DNA of 51,938 nt from Candidatus Fonsibacter lacus (GTDB lineage: Bacteria > Actinomycetota > Actinomycetes > Nanopelagicales > Nanopelagicaceae), in assembly GCA_009921625.1 (NCBI GenBank), contig RFXN01000001.1:1-51938 (forward strand). The letters are read 5' to 3'. The first letter of the stretch is position 1; every line of letters starts with the position of its first letter. This document shows positions 40,381 through 51,938 of the stretch, one piece after another. The position numbers were made by a program, and so were the translations under genes. Under the pieces are notes generated by a model. The model searched no databases. It saw only the letters and a list, made by a program, of their open reading frames with translations, and was not told where the DNA came from.

Positions 40381-41268
40381 ATGAGTGAATTAACAGGTAC
40401 CTCGCGGGTTAAGCGAGGCATGGCCGAGATGCTCAAAGGCGGAGTGATCATGGATGTGGTCAATGCCGAGCAGGCTCGCATCGCCGAGGATGCCGGCGCC
40501 GTTGCAGTCATGGCGCTAGAGCGCGTTCCCGCCGATATTCGAGCTCAAGGCGGCGTCGCACGGATGTCCGATCCATCGATGATTAAAGAGATTCAAAAGG
40601 CGGTTTCAATTCCCGTCATGGCAAAGGCCCGAATTGGTCACTTCGCTGAGGCGCAAGTTCTTCAAGAACTTGGCGTTGACTACATCGACGAATCAGAGGT
40701 TCTAACTCCAGCTGATTATGAAAATCATATTGATAAATGGAATTTCACGGTGCCATTTGTTTGTGGCGCAACAAATTTAGGTGAAGCGCTGCGACGTATT
40801 AATGAGGGAGCGGCGATGATTCGCTCCAAAGGTGAGGCAGGGACTGGAGATGTCTCTAATGCAACAACTCACATCAGAAAAATTACCGGAGAAATTAGAA
40901 GGCTAACTTCAATGCGCGAAGATGAGTTATATGTTGCTGCAAAAGAATTGCAAGCGCCTTTTGCTCTAGTCAAAGAGGTAGCTCAAACTGGAAAACTTCC
41001 AGTAGTACTTTTTACCGCTGGTGGAATTGCGACACCTGCCGATGCCTCCATGATGATGCAACTTGGTGCCGATGGTGTGTTCATTGGTTCAGGAATATTT
41101 AAATCAGGAAACCCAGCGCAACGAGCTGCTGCTTGCGTCAAGGCGACGACATTCTTTGATGATCCCAAAGTGGTGGCTGAGGTTTCTCGAGGGCTCGGCG
41201 AAGCCATGGTTGGTATCAACGTCTCGGATATTCCAGTACCTCATCGACTCGCTGAGCGCGGTTGGTGA
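40381..41268 (+). CDS. pdxS: PLP synthase subunit
   Basis: [26 protein letters not shown]. Confidence 0.98.
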   Translation: MSELTGTSRVKRGMAEMLKGGVIMDVVNAEQARIAEDAGAVAVMALERVPADIRAQGGVARMSDPSMIKEIQKAVSIPVMAKARIGHFAEAQVLQELGVDYIDESEVLTPADYENHIDKWNFTVPFVCGATNLGEALRRINEGAAMIRSKGEAGTGDVSNATTHIRKITGEIRRLTSMREDELYVAAKELQAPFALVKEVAQTGKLPVVLFTAGGIATPADASMMMQLGADGVFIGSGIFKSGNPAQRAAACVKATTFFDDPKVVAEVSRGLGEAMVGINVSDIPVPHRLAERGW

Positions 41269-41864
41269 AAAAACGGGTAGGCGTACTCGCACTTCAAGGT
41301 GATGTGCGTGAACATGCCTACGCAATTCACAAATCGGGGGCAGTGGATTCTTTAGTTCGTAGACCAGATGATTTGAAGAGCATCGACGCGTTAATTCTTC
41401 CAGGGGGAGAATCAACGACGATCAGCAAATTGCTCCACATATTTTCACTTTTTCAGCCGTTAAAGGATGCCATTGGCTCAGGGCTGCCAGTATTTGGCAC
41501 ATGTGCTGGGATGATCCTTTTAGCAAAAGAGATTCTTGATGGCAGCGCCGACCAGGACTCGCTATCAGCAATGAATATCACAGTGCGTCGTAACGCCTTT
41601 GGCAGACAAGTAGATTCATTTGAAAAAGAATTGGATTTAAGGGCAGTCAAGGCAGGTACGTTGACCGCAGTTTTCATACGAGCGCCATGGATTGAACGTC
41701 ACGGACCAGGCGTTGAAGTAATCGCCTCGGTTGAAAATGACGGTCAAGCTCATCCGGTACTTGCTCGAGAGGGGAAGTTGCTGGCTTCATCCTTCCACCC
41801 CGAGATTTTGCAAGGCGATCGGTATCTAATTCACGAATTCTTTATCAACGAAGTAGCCAGTTAG
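41265..41864 (+). CDS. pdxT: PLP synthase glutaminase subunit
   Basis: GVLALQG, PGGEST, GTCAG, FHPE. Confidence 0.96.
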   Translation: MKKRVGVLALQGDVREHAYAIHKSGAVDSLVRRPDDLKSIDALILPGGESTTISKLLHIFSLFQPLKDAIGSGLPVFGTCAGMILLAKEILDGSADQDSLSAMNITVRRNAFGRQVDSFEKELDLRAVKAGTLTAVFIRAPWIERHGPGVEVIASVENDGQAHPVLAREGKLLASSFHPEILQGDRYLIHEFFINEVAS

Positions 41865-41911
41865 TTCATTCATTCATACAATCAGTTCTGAGAGAACCTA
41901 TAGGAGTAGTC

Positions 41912-42661
41912 ATGTCAGGTCATTCCAAATGGGCCACGACCAAACATAAGAAAGCGATACTCGATTCGCGTCGCGCAAAGACGTTTGCCAAATTAATTAA
42001 GGCGATCGAAGTTGCAGCGCGCACTGGCGGTCCTGATCCCGCCGGCAATCCAACTCTCTTTGATGCTTTAGCAAAAGCGCGAAAGAATTCCGTTCCTTCC
42101 GACAACATTGATCGAGCATTAAAGCGCGGCGCAGGTCTTGAATCAGGCGGTGCGAATTGGGAAACGATTATGTATGAAGGGTATGGCCCGAATGGAGTTG
42201 CGCTACTGATCGAATGTTTATCAGATAATCGCAATCGCGCTGCAGGTGAGGTTCGCCTTGCCGTGACGCGTCATGGTGGCTCAATGGCCGACCCAGGATC
42301 GGTTTCTTATCTTTTTGCACGACGTGGAGTAATCATCGTTAAGAAAAGTGGCAGCGTCACGGAAGATGTATTGATGAATATCGTGATCGATGCTGGCGCT
42401 GAAGAGATTAATGATTTAGGCGAGAATTTTGAGTTGGTTTCCGATCCTTCCGAAATGGCATTGGTACGAAAAGCTTTAGATGGCGCAGGAATTGAATACG
42501 AATCTGCGGATACGCCATTTCTGCCGACAGTATCTGTCCCATTAGATGGAGAGGGCGCAACCAAAGTTTTCAAACTGATTGAAGCCATTGAAGATTGCGA
42601 CGACGTTCAGAATGTCTATGCGAACTTCGACATTTCTGACGAAGTGATGGCTACTCTGTAG
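41912..42661 (+). CDS. yebC: YebC/PmpR family protein
   Basis: MSGHSKW, YEGYGP, DNRNR. Confidence 0.95.
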   Translation: MSGHSKWATTKHKKAILDSRRAKTFAKLIKAIEVAARTGGPDPAGNPTLFDALAKARKNSVPSDNIDRALKRGAGLESGGANWETIMYEGYGPNGVALLIECLSDNRNRAAGEVRLAVTRHGGSMADPGSVSYLFARRGVIIVKKSGSVTEDVLMNIVIDAGAEEINDLGENFELVSDPSEMALVRKALDGAGIEYESADTPFLPTVSVPLDGEGATKVFKLIEAIEDCDDVQNVYANFDISDEVMATL

Positions 42662-42663
42662 CA

Positions 42664-43164
42664 ATGAAGGTATTGGGGATTGACCCAGGGCTTACCCGTT
42701 GTGGGGTAGGTGTGCTCACAGGGGAGCCTGGCAAGGCGCTAACTTTTATTGACGTGGGAGTTATCAGAACTCCGTCCACCATGCCACTTGCAGAGCGTTT
42801 GCATGCCATAAACCAAGAGCTGGCAGCTTGGATAGATCGACATTCACCAGATGAAATCTCGGTCGAACGTGTTTTTTCACAGGCCAATCGACGCTCTGCA
42901 ATGGAGACTGCACAAGCTGCTGGTTTGGCGCTCTCATTGGCAGCAGCGCGAAATATTCCAGTTGCACTTCACACTCCAAGCGAAGTTAAAGCAGCTGTCA
43001 CAGGTTCCGGTCGTGCCGATAAATCGCAAGTCGCCGAGATGGTCCGCCGATTACTGAAATTAAAGGAAGCTCCGAACCCACCTGATGCAGCCGACGCATT
43101 GGCGCTTGCTATTTGCCATATTTATCAGAGTTCCATGCGTTCAAAAATTGGAGCGAGCAAGTAA
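42664..43164 (+). CDS. ruvC: Holliday junction resolvase
   Basis: LGIDPG and DAADALA. Confidence 0.96.
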   Translation: MKVLGIDPGLTRCGVGVLTGEPGKALTFIDVGVIRTPSTMPLAERLHAINQELAAWIDRHSPDEISVERVFSQANRRSAMETAQAAGLALSLAAARNIPVALHTPSEVKAAVTGSGRADKSQVAEMVRRLLKLKEAPNPPDAADALALAICHIYQSSMRSKIGASK

Positions 43165-43811
43165 TGATCGCAACCCTTCGCGGCAAAATTATTGGTACTA
43201 CTGAACAATCCGTAGTTGTTGAGGTTAATGGCGTCGGTTTTTCGGTAATTGTTACGCCAGCAATTCGTTTAGGCGCGATTGAAGGAAGCGAAATATTTCT
43301 TCATACGGCGCTTCTTGTTCGCGAGGATGCCCTCACTCTCTTTGGTTATCAATCAATTTCGGAACGAGAATTTTTCCTTTTGCTACAAACAGTCTCTGGC
43401 ATTGGCCCCAAAGTTTCGCATGCAGTTTTAAGCGCGCTATCAATACCTCAACTAATTCGTGCCATTAGTGCAGGAGAGAGCAGCACTCTCGAACAGGTTT
43501 CTGGCCTCGGGAAAAAAGGTGCACAGCGAATCATCTTAGAATTAAAAGATAAAGTGGATTCATTTCGAAATTCCCCTGAGATCAATAATCGAATTGAGGT
43601 TGACGGGAAGATTGGAGAGACTTCCACGCCTAACGTGCTTTCTGTTGCAGAAGCTCTTGCTGGTTTAGGTTTTGGTGCTCGCGAAATTGAACAAGCGCTA
43701 GAAGTGGTTAAGCTTTCGAGCGCACAAACTCTTGAAGATAAATTGAGAGTAGCGTTATCCGCATTACAAAATGGCGGTTCTGGCGTAATAAAAGGCGCAC
43801 CTCGTGTCTGA
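43164..43811 (+). CDS. ruvA: Holliday junction branch migration protein
   Basis: MIATLRG, VREDA, VSGIGPK. Confidence 0.95.
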   Translation: MIATLRGKIIGTTEQSVVVEVNGVGFSVIVTPAIRLGAIEGSEIFLHTALLVREDALTLFGYQSISEREFFLLLQTVSGIGPKVSHAVLSALSIPQLIRAISAGESSTLEQVSGLGKKGAQRIILELKDKVDSFRNSPEINNRIEVDGKIGETSTPNVLSVAEALAGLGFGAREIEQALEVVKLSSAQTLEDKLRVALSALQNGGSGVIKGAPRV

Positions 43812-44838
43812 AGAACAGATACTTTCGCCCCATTCCACTAGCGAAGAAATCAATATTGAAGGAGCGCTTCGACCGCGAAACCTTCAGGAATTTGTTGGCC
43901 AGCAAAGAATTAAGGATCAATTAAGTGTTGTACTTGAAGCATCAAAAAAACGTGGACACGTTGCTGATCATATTTTGCTCGCTGGCCCTCCTGGGTTGGG
44001 CAAAACAACGTTAGCTCATATCGTTGCTGAGGAAGTTGGTGCCGGAATTCGGCTCACTAGCGGACCCACACTGCAAAGAGCTGGAGACGTTGCTGCGATT
44101 CTCTCGTCCATCACAGAAAGTGAGATTCTTTTTATCGATGAGATTCACCGAATGTCTCGACCGGCAGAGGAGATGCTCTATCTCGCAATGGAGGATTTTC
44201 GCGTTGACATCATCGTCGGAAAAGGGCCTGGTGCTACCGCAATCCCTCTGGATTTACCTCACTTCACTCTAATCGGCGCAACAACTCGCGCTGGATTACT
44301 ACCTAGTCCGCTCCGCGATCGTTTTGGCTTCACCGCACAACTTGATTTTTATGAGAGTGGAGAGTTGGAAAAGGTAATCAAACGGAGCGCGAAATTGTTA
44401 CAAATTAGTATTGAAGATAAAGCGCTCACTGAGATAGCGCTCCGTTCCAGGGGAACGCCACGTATCGCAAACCGACTTTTACGAAGAGTCCGTGATTATG
44501 GAGAGGTTCACGGATCGGGACAGTCACTGACACTTACAGAAGTGCGTTCAGCGCTTGAACTATATGAAGTAGATTCGCTCGGGTTAGATCGTTTAGATCG
44601 CGCACTCCTCAAGGCGCTCATCGAACGTTTTGCTGGTGGCCCAGTGGGACTGTCCACGATGGCGATGTCAGTGGGGGAAGAGAATGAAACGATTGAAAGT
44701 ATCTGCGAACCATTTCTCCTTCGATCTGGTCTCTTAGCCCGAACCCCAAGAGGTCGCATGGCTACACCTGCTGCATGGCTCCATCTGGGGCTAACTGCGC
44801 CACCTTCTGGGGAGCAATTTCTCCATTTTGGTGATTAG
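43804..44838 (+). CDS. ruvB: Holliday junction helicase
   Basis: [18 protein letters not shown]. Confidence 0.97.
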   Translation: MSEEQILSPHSTSEEINIEGALRPRNLQEFVGQQRIKDQLSVVLEASKKRGHVADHILLAGPPGLGKTTLAHIVAEEVGAGIRLTSGPTLQRAGDVAAILSSITESEILFIDEIHRMSRPAEEMLYLAMEDFRVDIIVGKGPGATAIPLDLPHFTLIGATTRAGLLPSPLRDRFGFTAQLDFYESGELEKVIKRSAKLLQISIEDKALTEIALRSRGTPRIANRLLRRVRDYGEVHGSGQSLTLTEVRSALELYEVDSLGLDRLDRALLKALIERFAGGPVGLSTMAMSVGEENETIESICEPFLLRSGLLARTPRGRMATPAAWLHLGLTAPPSGEQFLHFGD

Positions 44839-44872
44839 ACCCCAGTAGAAAAGGCCTCTAGACTCCCCCTTT

Positions 44873-46525
44873 GTGTCTACCTCCACTTCACGGCCAGGTC
44901 GCGCTTTAGTCGCCCTTCTGGTCATTTTGATCGCTGGCGCCTCTCTCATATTCCTCCAAGGAACGACCAAGATCCGTTTCGGCCTTGATCTTCAAGGTGG
45001 AACGAGCGTGGTACTTCAGCCTCGCGTAGATGGAACTAATGGAGCGGTAACTGCTGCGGCAATTGATCAAGCGGTCTCCATCATCCGCCAGCGAGTGAAT
45101 TCCCTGGGCGTCGCTGAGTCCGAAGTGGTGGCTCAAGGAAGTGGTATTAATCGCCAAATTGTGATTTCAGTACCAGGAGAATCGGGCGAACGAGTAGTCG
45201 ATCTCGTCGGCCAAACGGCAGAACTTCGATTCCGTCAGGTACTAGCTGTTGGTAGCGCTGTGGAAGCCCCAGTCGCACCAGCTCCCTCTGCATCACCCGC
45301 ATCATCTGCTAGTTCAAGTTCGGCAACCCCTGCGCCATCTGGAAGTAAATTAACTAAGAGCGCACCTTATTTTGCAGATCCCACTCCCGCTCCTTCACCA
45401 TTGGTAACTCCAAATACCGCCGCCAATGCGCAACCAGCTGCGACTCCAGCTGGCGCTCCAATTAGCGATGAATTGTCTAAAAAATTTGCATCTCTTGATT
45501 GCACCAATGAGAAGAATCTTGTTGGTGGTGGAGATAGCCCCGATCAACCTTTAGTTACATGCGATCGTGATGGAACGAGTCGTTTCGTTCTTGGGCCAGC
45601 AGAAGTTCTTGGTCGACAAGTGCGAACTGCCACGGCGGCAATCGACCAGCAAGGTGCAGGTGGATGGTTTGTCTCCTTAGCATTTAATAAAGAGGGGACA
45701 AAGAAGTTTGGTGAAATTACTCAGAGAGTTGTTTCATTAACTCCACCCCAAAATCAAGTAGCGATCGTTCTTGATGGTCTAGTTGTATCCGCACCACGTA
45801 TCATTGATGCGATACTTGGAGGACAAGCTCAAATTACTGGAAACTTCACCCAGCAAGAAGCGGGCGACCTGGCAAACGTTTTGAAATACGGTTCCTTACC
45901 TCTCGCATTTGATCGTGGTGAGGTGCAACAGGTTTCGCCAACTCTCGGAAGTGACCAATTGAGGGCTGGTATTTTGGCTGGCGCGTTGGGCCTCATTCTC
46001 GTTGTTATCTATTCTTTCTTCTACTACCGAGCACTCGGAATTGTCACCGTAGGTTCACTTGCGTTAGCAGCGCTACTGTTATGGATGGCGACAATCATCT
46101 TAGGCAAGAACTTAGGGTTTACCCTTACCCTTGCCGGCATTGCCGGAACAATCGTCGCAATTGGTATTACTGCCGACTCCTTCATTATTTACTTCGAACG
46201 TCTCCGAGATGAAATTCGAGAGGGAAGAACATTTCGTTCGGCGGTGGAGAGTGCTTGGGTTCGCGCTCGAAGAACTATCATCATTTCCGATGTGGTTTCG
46301 CTCATTGCGGCAACTCTGCTCTTTATTTTCGCAATTGGTAGTGTTCGAGGCTTTGCGTTCACCCTTGGTTTAACAACAATCATTGATTTATTTATCATTT
46401 TCCTTTTTACCAAGCCATTAATTACATTCTTATCACAAGTGCCATTCTTCGCCAATGGACATCCGCTATCTGGGCTTGATGCTCGCCGAGTGATCCGTGG
46501 AACTTCTGGAGGTAAGCAATCATGA
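44873..46525 (+). CDS. secD: protein translocase subunit SecD
   Basis: GLDLQGG, IGITADS, FERLRDE, VRGFAFTL; Ala/Pro/Ser-rich linker. Confidence 0.95.
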   Translation: MSTSTSRPGRALVALLVILIAGASLIFLQGTTKIRFGLDLQGGTSVVLQPRVDGTNGAVTAAAIDQAVSIIRQRVNSLGVAESEVVAQGSGINRQIVISVPGESGERVVDLVGQTAELRFRQVLAVGSAVEAPVAPAPSASPASSASSSSATPAPSGSKLTKSAPYFADPTPAPSPLVTPNTAANAQPAATPAGAPISDELSKKFASLDCTNEKNLVGGGDSPDQPLVTCDRDGTSRFVLGPAEVLGRQVRTATAAIDQQGAGGWFVSLAFNKEGTKKFGEITQRVVSLTPPQNQVAIVLDGLVVSAPRIIDAILGGQAQITGNFTQQEAGDLANVLKYGSLPLAFDRGEVQQVSPTLGSDQLRAGILAGALGLILVVIYSFFYYRALGIVTVGSLALAALLLWMATIILGKNLGFTLTLAGIAGTIVAIGITADSFIIYFERLRDEIREGRTFRSAVESAWVRARRTIIISDVVSLIAATLLFIFAIGSVRGFAFTLGLTTIIDLFIIFLFTKPLITFLSQVPFFANGHPLSGLDARRVIRGTSGGKQS

Positions 46526-47616
46526 CAACCAAGATTTCCTTCGGTGACAAACTCTATCGCGGCGAAAGATCAATAAATTTTGTTAATAACCGTAAACGCT
46601 GGTATTCACTTTCTGCTGTATTGATTGTTGCCTCTATTTTCGCGTTGGGGGCCAAAGGTCTCGATTTAGGAATTGAGTTCAAAGGCGGTTCGGAATTTGT
46701 AGTGAACAAAGCCGGCATTACTGTTCCAGATGCGCGTGCGGCGATGGATAAAGCAAACGTTCCTGGTGATCCGATTGTGCAAACTGTCGGCAGCAGCAAA
46801 GTTCGGATTCAAACAGGGGCTTTAACGAATGCTCAATCATCAAAAGTTCTCGATGTGCTTTCGACTACTTTCGCCGTTGCTAAAGCAGATATCGATACTC
46901 GACTCATCGGTCCTTCTTGGGGACGGGAGATTACGCGCAAGGCAGCCACTGCGCTCATTGTTTTCTTATTAGTTATTATCATTTTCTTGTCAGTAACTTT
47001 TGAACCAAAAATGGCTATCGCCGCTATTATTGCGCTATTTCACGATGTATTTATTACGGTGGGAATTTATGCCCTCATCGGATTTGAGGTGACGCCGGCC
47101 ACGGTCATTGGTTTCTTAACCATTCTTGGTTATTCGCTCTATGACACAGTCGTGGTATTCGACAAGGTACGTGAAAACACTCGTGGCATTGCCGGAGGTT
47201 CCCGATATACCTATTCTGATGCTGCCAATTTGGCCGTCAATCAAACTCTCGTTCGCTCGATTAACACCTCGATTGTGGCGTTACTCCCAGTGGGTTCCAT
47301 TCTTTTCGTCGGAGCAGGCGTTCTCAAAGCCGGCACGTTAAAAGATTTGTCCCTGGCGCTATTTATTGGCCTTGCCGTTGGTACCTATTCATCAATCTGC
47401 GTCGCCACACCATTCCTTGCTGCGATGCGGGAGCGTGAACCTGCTATGCGCGCACTTGCCAAACGAGTTCAAAATCGAACGAATAAAGAGAGTTCGGCAA
47501 CGGCAGCAGATTCTGGTAGCGCAGTGGACGCAGCTGAAGCTCGTGGGCCCCGCAATCAGCCAAAGCGTCAGGGTAAACAGAGGTCGGGTAGCGGGAAAGC
47601 TAAGAAAAAGCGTTAA
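46522..47616 (+). CDS. secF: protein translocase subunit SecF
   Basis: GIEFKGG and GYSLYDTVVVFDKVRE. Confidence 0.95.
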   Translation: MTTKISFGDKLYRGERSINFVNNRKRWYSLSAVLIVASIFALGAKGLDLGIEFKGGSEFVVNKAGITVPDARAAMDKANVPGDPIVQTVGSSKVRIQTGALTNAQSSKVLDVLSTTFAVAKADIDTRLIGPSWGREITRKAATALIVFLLVIIIFLSVTFEPKMAIAAIIALFHDVFITVGIYALIGFEVTPATVIGFLTILGYSLYDTVVVFDKVRENTRGIAGGSRYTYSDAANLAVNQTLVRSINTSIVALLPVGSILFVGAGVLKAGTLKDLSLALFIGLAVGTYSSICVATPFLAAMREREPAMRALAKRVQNRTNKESSATAADSGSAVDAAEARGPRNQPKRQGKQRSGSGKAKKKR

Positions 47617-47689
47617 CCGGGCAAAGCGGCGTACTCTAGGTTAAGGAGTATATAAAACCTAGGTAAGGCAAGCCAGAGATGATGCAGAT

Positions 47690-49846
47690 ATGGTGAATGA
47701 AACTCTCATCGCCCCGATGCTCGCTGCGCTGGAATTCCAAGGACACGATCGAGATTTAATAACTCGCGCTTTTGCAGTTGCTAACGAAGCCCACCGTGGC
47801 CAATCGAGAAAATCGGGCGAGCCCTACATCACCCATCCGATAGCCGTTGCTGAAATTTTAAGTGAGCTAGGGATGAATCCGCCAACAATTGCAGCGGCGC
47901 TACTTCATGACACAGTTGAAGATACGCCATATTCGCTGGAGAAATTGCGAGTGGATTTTGGTGTCGAAGTTGCCGACTTAGTCGATGGGGTAACCAAGTT
48001 AGATCGCGTTGTTTATGGCCCCGATGCTGAAGCAGAAACTGTTCGCAAGATGGTGATTGCTATGTCTCGAGATATCCGAGTCCTAGTAATTAAATTGGCT
48101 GATCGATTACATAATGCTCGAACTTGGAGGTATCTCAAAGAGGAGACCGTGCTTCGGAAAGCTCGGGAAACTCTAGATATTTACGCTCCGTTGGCGCACA
48201 GATTAGGAATGAATGCAATTAAGTGGGAGCTTGAAGATCTTTCATTTGCAGCGCTTGAACCAAAAAAATACGAGGAAATCACGCGACTTGTGGCTCAACG
48301 ACAGAGCGAACGTCAAGAACATACCGACAATATAATTGCTGAGATCAAAGCCCAATTGGTTGGTGAATTCGATGCTGTGGTTACTGGAAGGTATAAACAC
48401 TATTTTTCCATCTACCAAAAAATGGTGTTAAGAGGAAGAGAATTTAATGAAATCTATGATCTAACTGGGGTTCGAGTTCTAGTTAATGATGTGAAAGATT
48501 GCTACGGAGTTCTCGGCGCGATTCATGCGCATTGGAGCCCAGTTCCAGGCCGTTTCAAGGATTACATCGCAATGCCTAAATTTAACCTCTACCAATCGCT
48601 CCACACGACTGTGATAGGTCCTGATGGTAGAGCTATCGAGATCCAAATCAGAACGCATGAAATGCATCGGCGGGCTGAATTTGGTATCGCTGCGCACTGG
48701 CAATACAAAGTTGGAAATCGTGGCGCTAACGAACCGGAAATGGCGTGGTTAAAGCAATTGCATGAATGGCAGAAAGAGACTGCCGATCCTGAAGAATTTC
48801 TTGAATCGTTACGATTTGATCTCGGCACGCCAGAAGTTTTCATCTTCACACCAAAGGGGAGTGTTATTGCACTTCCTTCAGGTTCTACTCCTGTCGATTT
48901 TGCTTACGCAGTACATACTGAGATTGGGAATCGATGCGTGGGAGCAAAGGTAAATGGTCGACTTGTTTCATTAAGCACGCCATTAACGAATGGCGATGTC
49001 GTAGAAGTTGTCACAAGTAAAGGTGATGGAGTTGGACCAAGTCGGGATTGGTTAAATTTTGTACAGAGCCCACGCGCTAGATCGAAGATAAAGTCCTGGT
49101 TTACTAAAGAGCGAAAAGAAGAGGCTATTGATGCGGGAAAAGAGTCAATTGCCCGCCAACTTCGAAAACAGGGCGCTCCGTTGCAAAAAATATTTGCAGG
49201 GCAGTCGCTTTTGGAGTTGGCACACGATCTTAAGTATCCGGATATTTCAGCGCTCTATGCCGCGGTAGGGGATGGACATGTAAGCGCTGCCTCCGTTGTC
49301 GAGAAACTGCTCAATCTGCTAGGGGTTCAAGAACAAGAATTTGCGAGCTTGGACGGCACAGTTGATGCGTCTAGTCAACGCACCCGCAAGAGCGATAGCG
49401 GTGTTGAGGTCGTTGGCGTCGATGACTTACTGGTAAAGCTTGCTCGATGCTGCACTCCAGTGCCCGGCGATGAAATTGTTGGATTCATTACAAAGGGAAG
49501 CGGCGTATCGGTTCATCGCCAAGATTGCATAAATGTTATGGATTTGCGCGAACATCAAGGGAATCGTTTTGTAGAAGTTCGTTGGAGCCCAAGTGCAAAT
49601 TCAATCTTCTTAGTCAATATTCAAGTAGAAGCTCTCGATCGAGCACGGTTACTTTCAGATATCACTCGGGCGCTTTCGGATAATGCGGTAAATATTCTCC
49701 ACGCCTCAGTTTCCACCGCAAAGGATCGAACAGCCTTTTCGAAATTTACTTTTGAAATGGCAGACGCCAGCCATTTAGATGCAGTTCTTAATTCAGTTCG
49801 CGCCGTTCCGGGCGTGTATGACGTTTACCGTGTAACAAACAATTGA
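47690..49846 (+). CDS. rel: bifunctional (p)ppGpp synthetase/hydrolase
   Basis: HDTVED, KLADR, RFKDY, YQSLHT, TGS domain, ARCCTP, ACT domain. Confidence 0.97.
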   Translation: MVNETLIAPMLAALEFQGHDRDLITRAFAVANEAHRGQSRKSGEPYITHPIAVAEILSELGMNPPTIAAALLHDTVEDTPYSLEKLRVDFGVEVADLVDGVTKLDRVVYGPDAEAETVRKMVIAMSRDIRVLVIKLADRLHNARTWRYLKEETVLRKARETLDIYAPLAHRLGMNAIKWELEDLSFAALEPKKYEEITRLVAQRQSERQEHTDNIIAEIKAQLVGEFDAVVTGRYKHYFSIYQKMVLRGREFNEIYDLTGVRVLVNDVKDCYGVLGAIHAHWSPVPGRFKDYIAMPKFNLYQSLHTTVIGPDGRAIEIQIRTHEMHRRAEFGIAAHWQYKVGNRGANEPEMAWLKQLHEWQKETADPEEFLESLRFDLGTPEVFIFTPKGSVIALPSGSTPVDFAYAVHTEIGNRCVGAKVNGRLVSLSTPLTNGDVVEVVTSKGDGVGPSRDWLNFVQSPRARSKIKSWFTKERKEEAIDAGKESIARQLRKQGAPLQKIFAGQSLLELAHDLKYPDISALYAAVGDGHVSAASVVEKLLNLLGVQEQEFASLDGTVDASSQRTRKSDSGVEVVGVDDLLVKLARCCTPVPGDEIVGFITKGSGVSVHRQDCINVMDLREHQGNRFVEVRWSPSANSIFLVNIQVEALDRARLLSDITRALSDNAVNILHASVSTAKDRTAFSKFTFEMADASHLDAVLNSVRAVPGVYDVYRVTNN

Positions 49847-49858
49847 TTTACTTAACGG

Positions 49859-51151
49859 TTACGAGAAAGTAGCAAGTGAGCGCTGGGCTTCTTCAAGCCA
49901 AATGCGGCGAGCCTGTGCAGACTCTCGCGCTGCCTCTGCCTTCTTTAAGTCTCCATTGGCCTCTGCCTTAGCGGCGGCGGCCTCATAACCAGCGATAGCA
50001 TCGCTGAGTTGGCGAACTACATCATTTGCTCGCGCCTTGGCACTTGGATCGCTCTTACGTTTCTCTTCATCTTCGAGCGCGCGAATTTCTTTCTCAACGG
50101 CGCCAAGTCGAAGATCGAGGTCATCGCGTTTATCTCGCGGTACATGGCCAATACGATCCCACTTCTGTAGGAGTTCCCGGAATTTCTTCCGTGAAGCTGC
50201 AAAGTCAGTAATGGGAAGGAGCGCCTCAAACTCAACAATGAGCGCTTCTTTAGCGGTGAGGTTTGACGCGTTAGAGCTCTCGCGCTTCTCTAAATCTGTT
50301 TTCTTTGCCGCGAAGAAGGTTTCTTGAGCGGCCCTAAATCGCGCCCACAGCGCATCATCGCTTTTCTTTGAACCCCGACCTGAGTTCTTCCACTCTTGCA
50401 TAAGAGCGGAGTAACGCTTTGCGGTGTTTACCCAATCGCGTGAGGAGGCAAGTTTCTCGGCCTCAGTGACGATGAGCTCTTTGGCGCTAGCTACTGCATC
50501 GTTGGCGCTAGCCAACTTGGCAAAGTGAGTTCTACGTCTACGATCAAAACCATTTCGCGCTGCAGAAAATCTCTTCCATAGCTCTTCATCTGCCGCTTTT
50601 TCGATTCGAGGAAGTGATTTCCACTGATCGAGTAATTCCTTTAATCGATCTCCAGAGAGTTTCCAATTATCTTTTGCAGCTATCTCTTCAGCTTCGGCGA
50701 CCAATTTCTCTTTCGCATCCTTCGTCGCTACCCGTTGCTCTGCGCGCTCCTGTGCTGCTGCAGCTTTCTTTGCAGCATAGGCTGCACGTTGTTCATCGAT
50801 TATTGGTGGAATCTGCTCAACCGCAATTGCTAGAGCTGCGAGATCGCCAACTGCGTTGATGGTAGCGACTTGCTCTCGCAATTTATTAACCGCTTGTTCT
50901 GCATCGCTAGGAACCATGGCACCGCTGCGAATACGCGCTGCGGTTAGCGCGATCTCTGCAGCCAATTGCTCAAATTTGCGAACAAAGTAGGCGAGCGCCT
51001 CTTCTTTGCTTTTGCCAGGATAGGATCCGACGGGTTTCTCACCACTTTTAGTCCAGACATAGACATTGCCGTCATCGGCGACTCGACCGAATAGAGCGGG
51101 ATCTCCAATGAGAGCGCTAGCTGCTGATACCAAACCATCTGACTCTGACAT
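49859..51151 (-). CDS. DUF349 repeat protein
   Basis: FGRVADDG; repeated W..I/L...DE.LW.RF helical units. Confidence 0.85.
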   Translation of the reverse strand: MSESDGLVSAASALIGDPALFGRVADDGNVYVWTKSGEKPVGSYPGKSKEEALAYFVRKFEQLAAEIALTAARIRSGAMVPSDAEQAVNKLREQVATINAVGDLAALAIAVEQIPPIIDEQRAAYAAKKAAAAQERAEQRVATKDAKEKLVAEAEEIAAKDNWKLSGDRLKELLDQWKSLPRIEKAADEELWKRFSAARNGFDRRRRTHFAKLASANDAVASAKELIVTEAEKLASSRDWVNTAKRYSALMQEWKNSGRGSKKSDDALWARFRAAQETFFAAKKTDLEKRESSNASNLTAKEALIVEFEALLPITDFAASRKKFRELLQKWDRIGHVPRDKRDDLDLRLGAVEKEIRALEDEEKRKSDPSAKARANDVVRQLSDAIAGYEAAAAKAEANGDLKKAEAARESAQARRIWLEEAQRSLATFS

Positions 51152-51336
51152 GCCTTACTCCTTTGCGCGGCGCCCGTGGCGGGTTCGCTATGGTCGAGTG
51201 TTCGTTGCTCTTTCTGCTGAAATTCCCCCAAAGCGCCTAGGCTCTCCGGGGAGGGCATGAGCGTAGCGGGAACTCTGTTGCGCTCTCAAATGACCCTTAA
51301 GCGGTAGCGGGTGACAGCCTGGGAGGTTGGGGGTAA

Positions 51337-51938
51337 GTGAGCGAGATACTCGTTGATGTCGTTGTAGCCAAGGCCTTCGCCACTAACTGCTGGATTCTTG
51401 CTGCCCAGGGCAGCGACGAGGCGGTAATTGTTGATCCAGGAATTGGCGATCCATACCTTCATGAAGCCATTGGCGAGCGTTGCTCAACTCTCGGTCTCCA
51501 TCCCGTGGCGGCCTTTCTCACCCATGGCCATCTTGACCATACTTTCTCGGTTGCCCCACTCTGTTCGAGCGCCAATATCCCAGCCATGATTCACAGCGCC
51601 GATCGAGCGCTCCTAGCCCACCCAGAGCGAGCTTTATCGAAAAATACCAGCGCAATGATTCCAATGCTGGGCTCGGGGATCACCTTTGTCGAGCCTGATG
51701 AGGTAGTTGAATTGAGCGACTCGGTGGCTCTTAACGTAGCCGGCCTTGCCTTCCGTTTTCTTCATACTCCGGGCCATACCCCTGGTTCCACGGTGGCGAT
51801 AGTGGAGGGGGAACTTTTGATATCCGGGGATGTTCTTTTTGCTGGCTCTATTGGCCGAACCGACCTACCGCTGGGTTCGTTGAGTGATATGGAACGTACA
51901 TTGCGTGAGAAAATTTATCCCTTGCCCGATCACCTCAC
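51337..51938 (+). CDS. MBL-fold metallo-hydrolase (partial)
   Basis: Read manually: FATNCWI, VDPG, THGHLDH, TPGHTPG, GDVLFAGSIGRTD; runs off the window end. Confidence 0.9.
   Translation, partial: MSEILVDVVVAKAFATNCWILAAQGSDEAVIVDPGIGDPYLHEAIGERCSTLGLHPVAAFLTHGHLDHTFSVAPLCSSANIPAMIHSADRALLAHPERALSKNTSAMIPMLGSGITFVEPDEVVELSDSVALNVAGLAFRFLHTPGHTPGSTVAIVEGELLISGDVLFAGSIGRTDLPLGSLSDMERTLREKIYPLPDHL

Noticed and set aside
45250-45460. Low-complexity repeat or insertion in secD
   Set aside because: Ala/Pro/Ser linkers are normal in actinobacterial SecD.

Overview
A densely packed, mostly core-genome segment of a streamlined actinobacterium. It resembles freshwater Nanopelagicales/acI-type lineages, an inference from gene order, short intergenics and moderate GC. 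Order: lpdA (partial), pepA, gcvT; a cobalamin-riboswitch-controlled ECF transporter; AKR, DUF3043, nadA, erpA, adoK, tusA and an IscS-like gene; the bcc-aa3 supercomplex genes ctaCDF and ctaE-qcrCAB; trpD; a DnaQ-GIY-YIG nuclease; a five-gene accessory block ending at tRNA-Val/tRNA-Gly; pabB/pabC-like genes; thrS; HIT; an EF-G2 remnant; the PIM operon; pdxST, yebC, ruvCAB, secDF, rel; DUF349; and an MBL hydrolase (partial). No phage, IS element or CRISPR array is visible. The most unusual signals are: (1) an IscS-like protein that lost its PLP-binding residues but kept its persulfide Cys, next to tusA; (2) an intact mini-protein made of a degenerate EF-G2 G domain only; (3) coordinated loss of Mg/Mn-site ligands in CtaC and CtaD; (4) a choline-kinase-like/GcvT-flavoprotein pair sharing a 23-bp bidirectional leaderless promoter; (5) a frameshifted nitroreductase; (6) a tandem repeat where tRNA-Cys normally lies. 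All functional calls come from motif recognition, not database searches.
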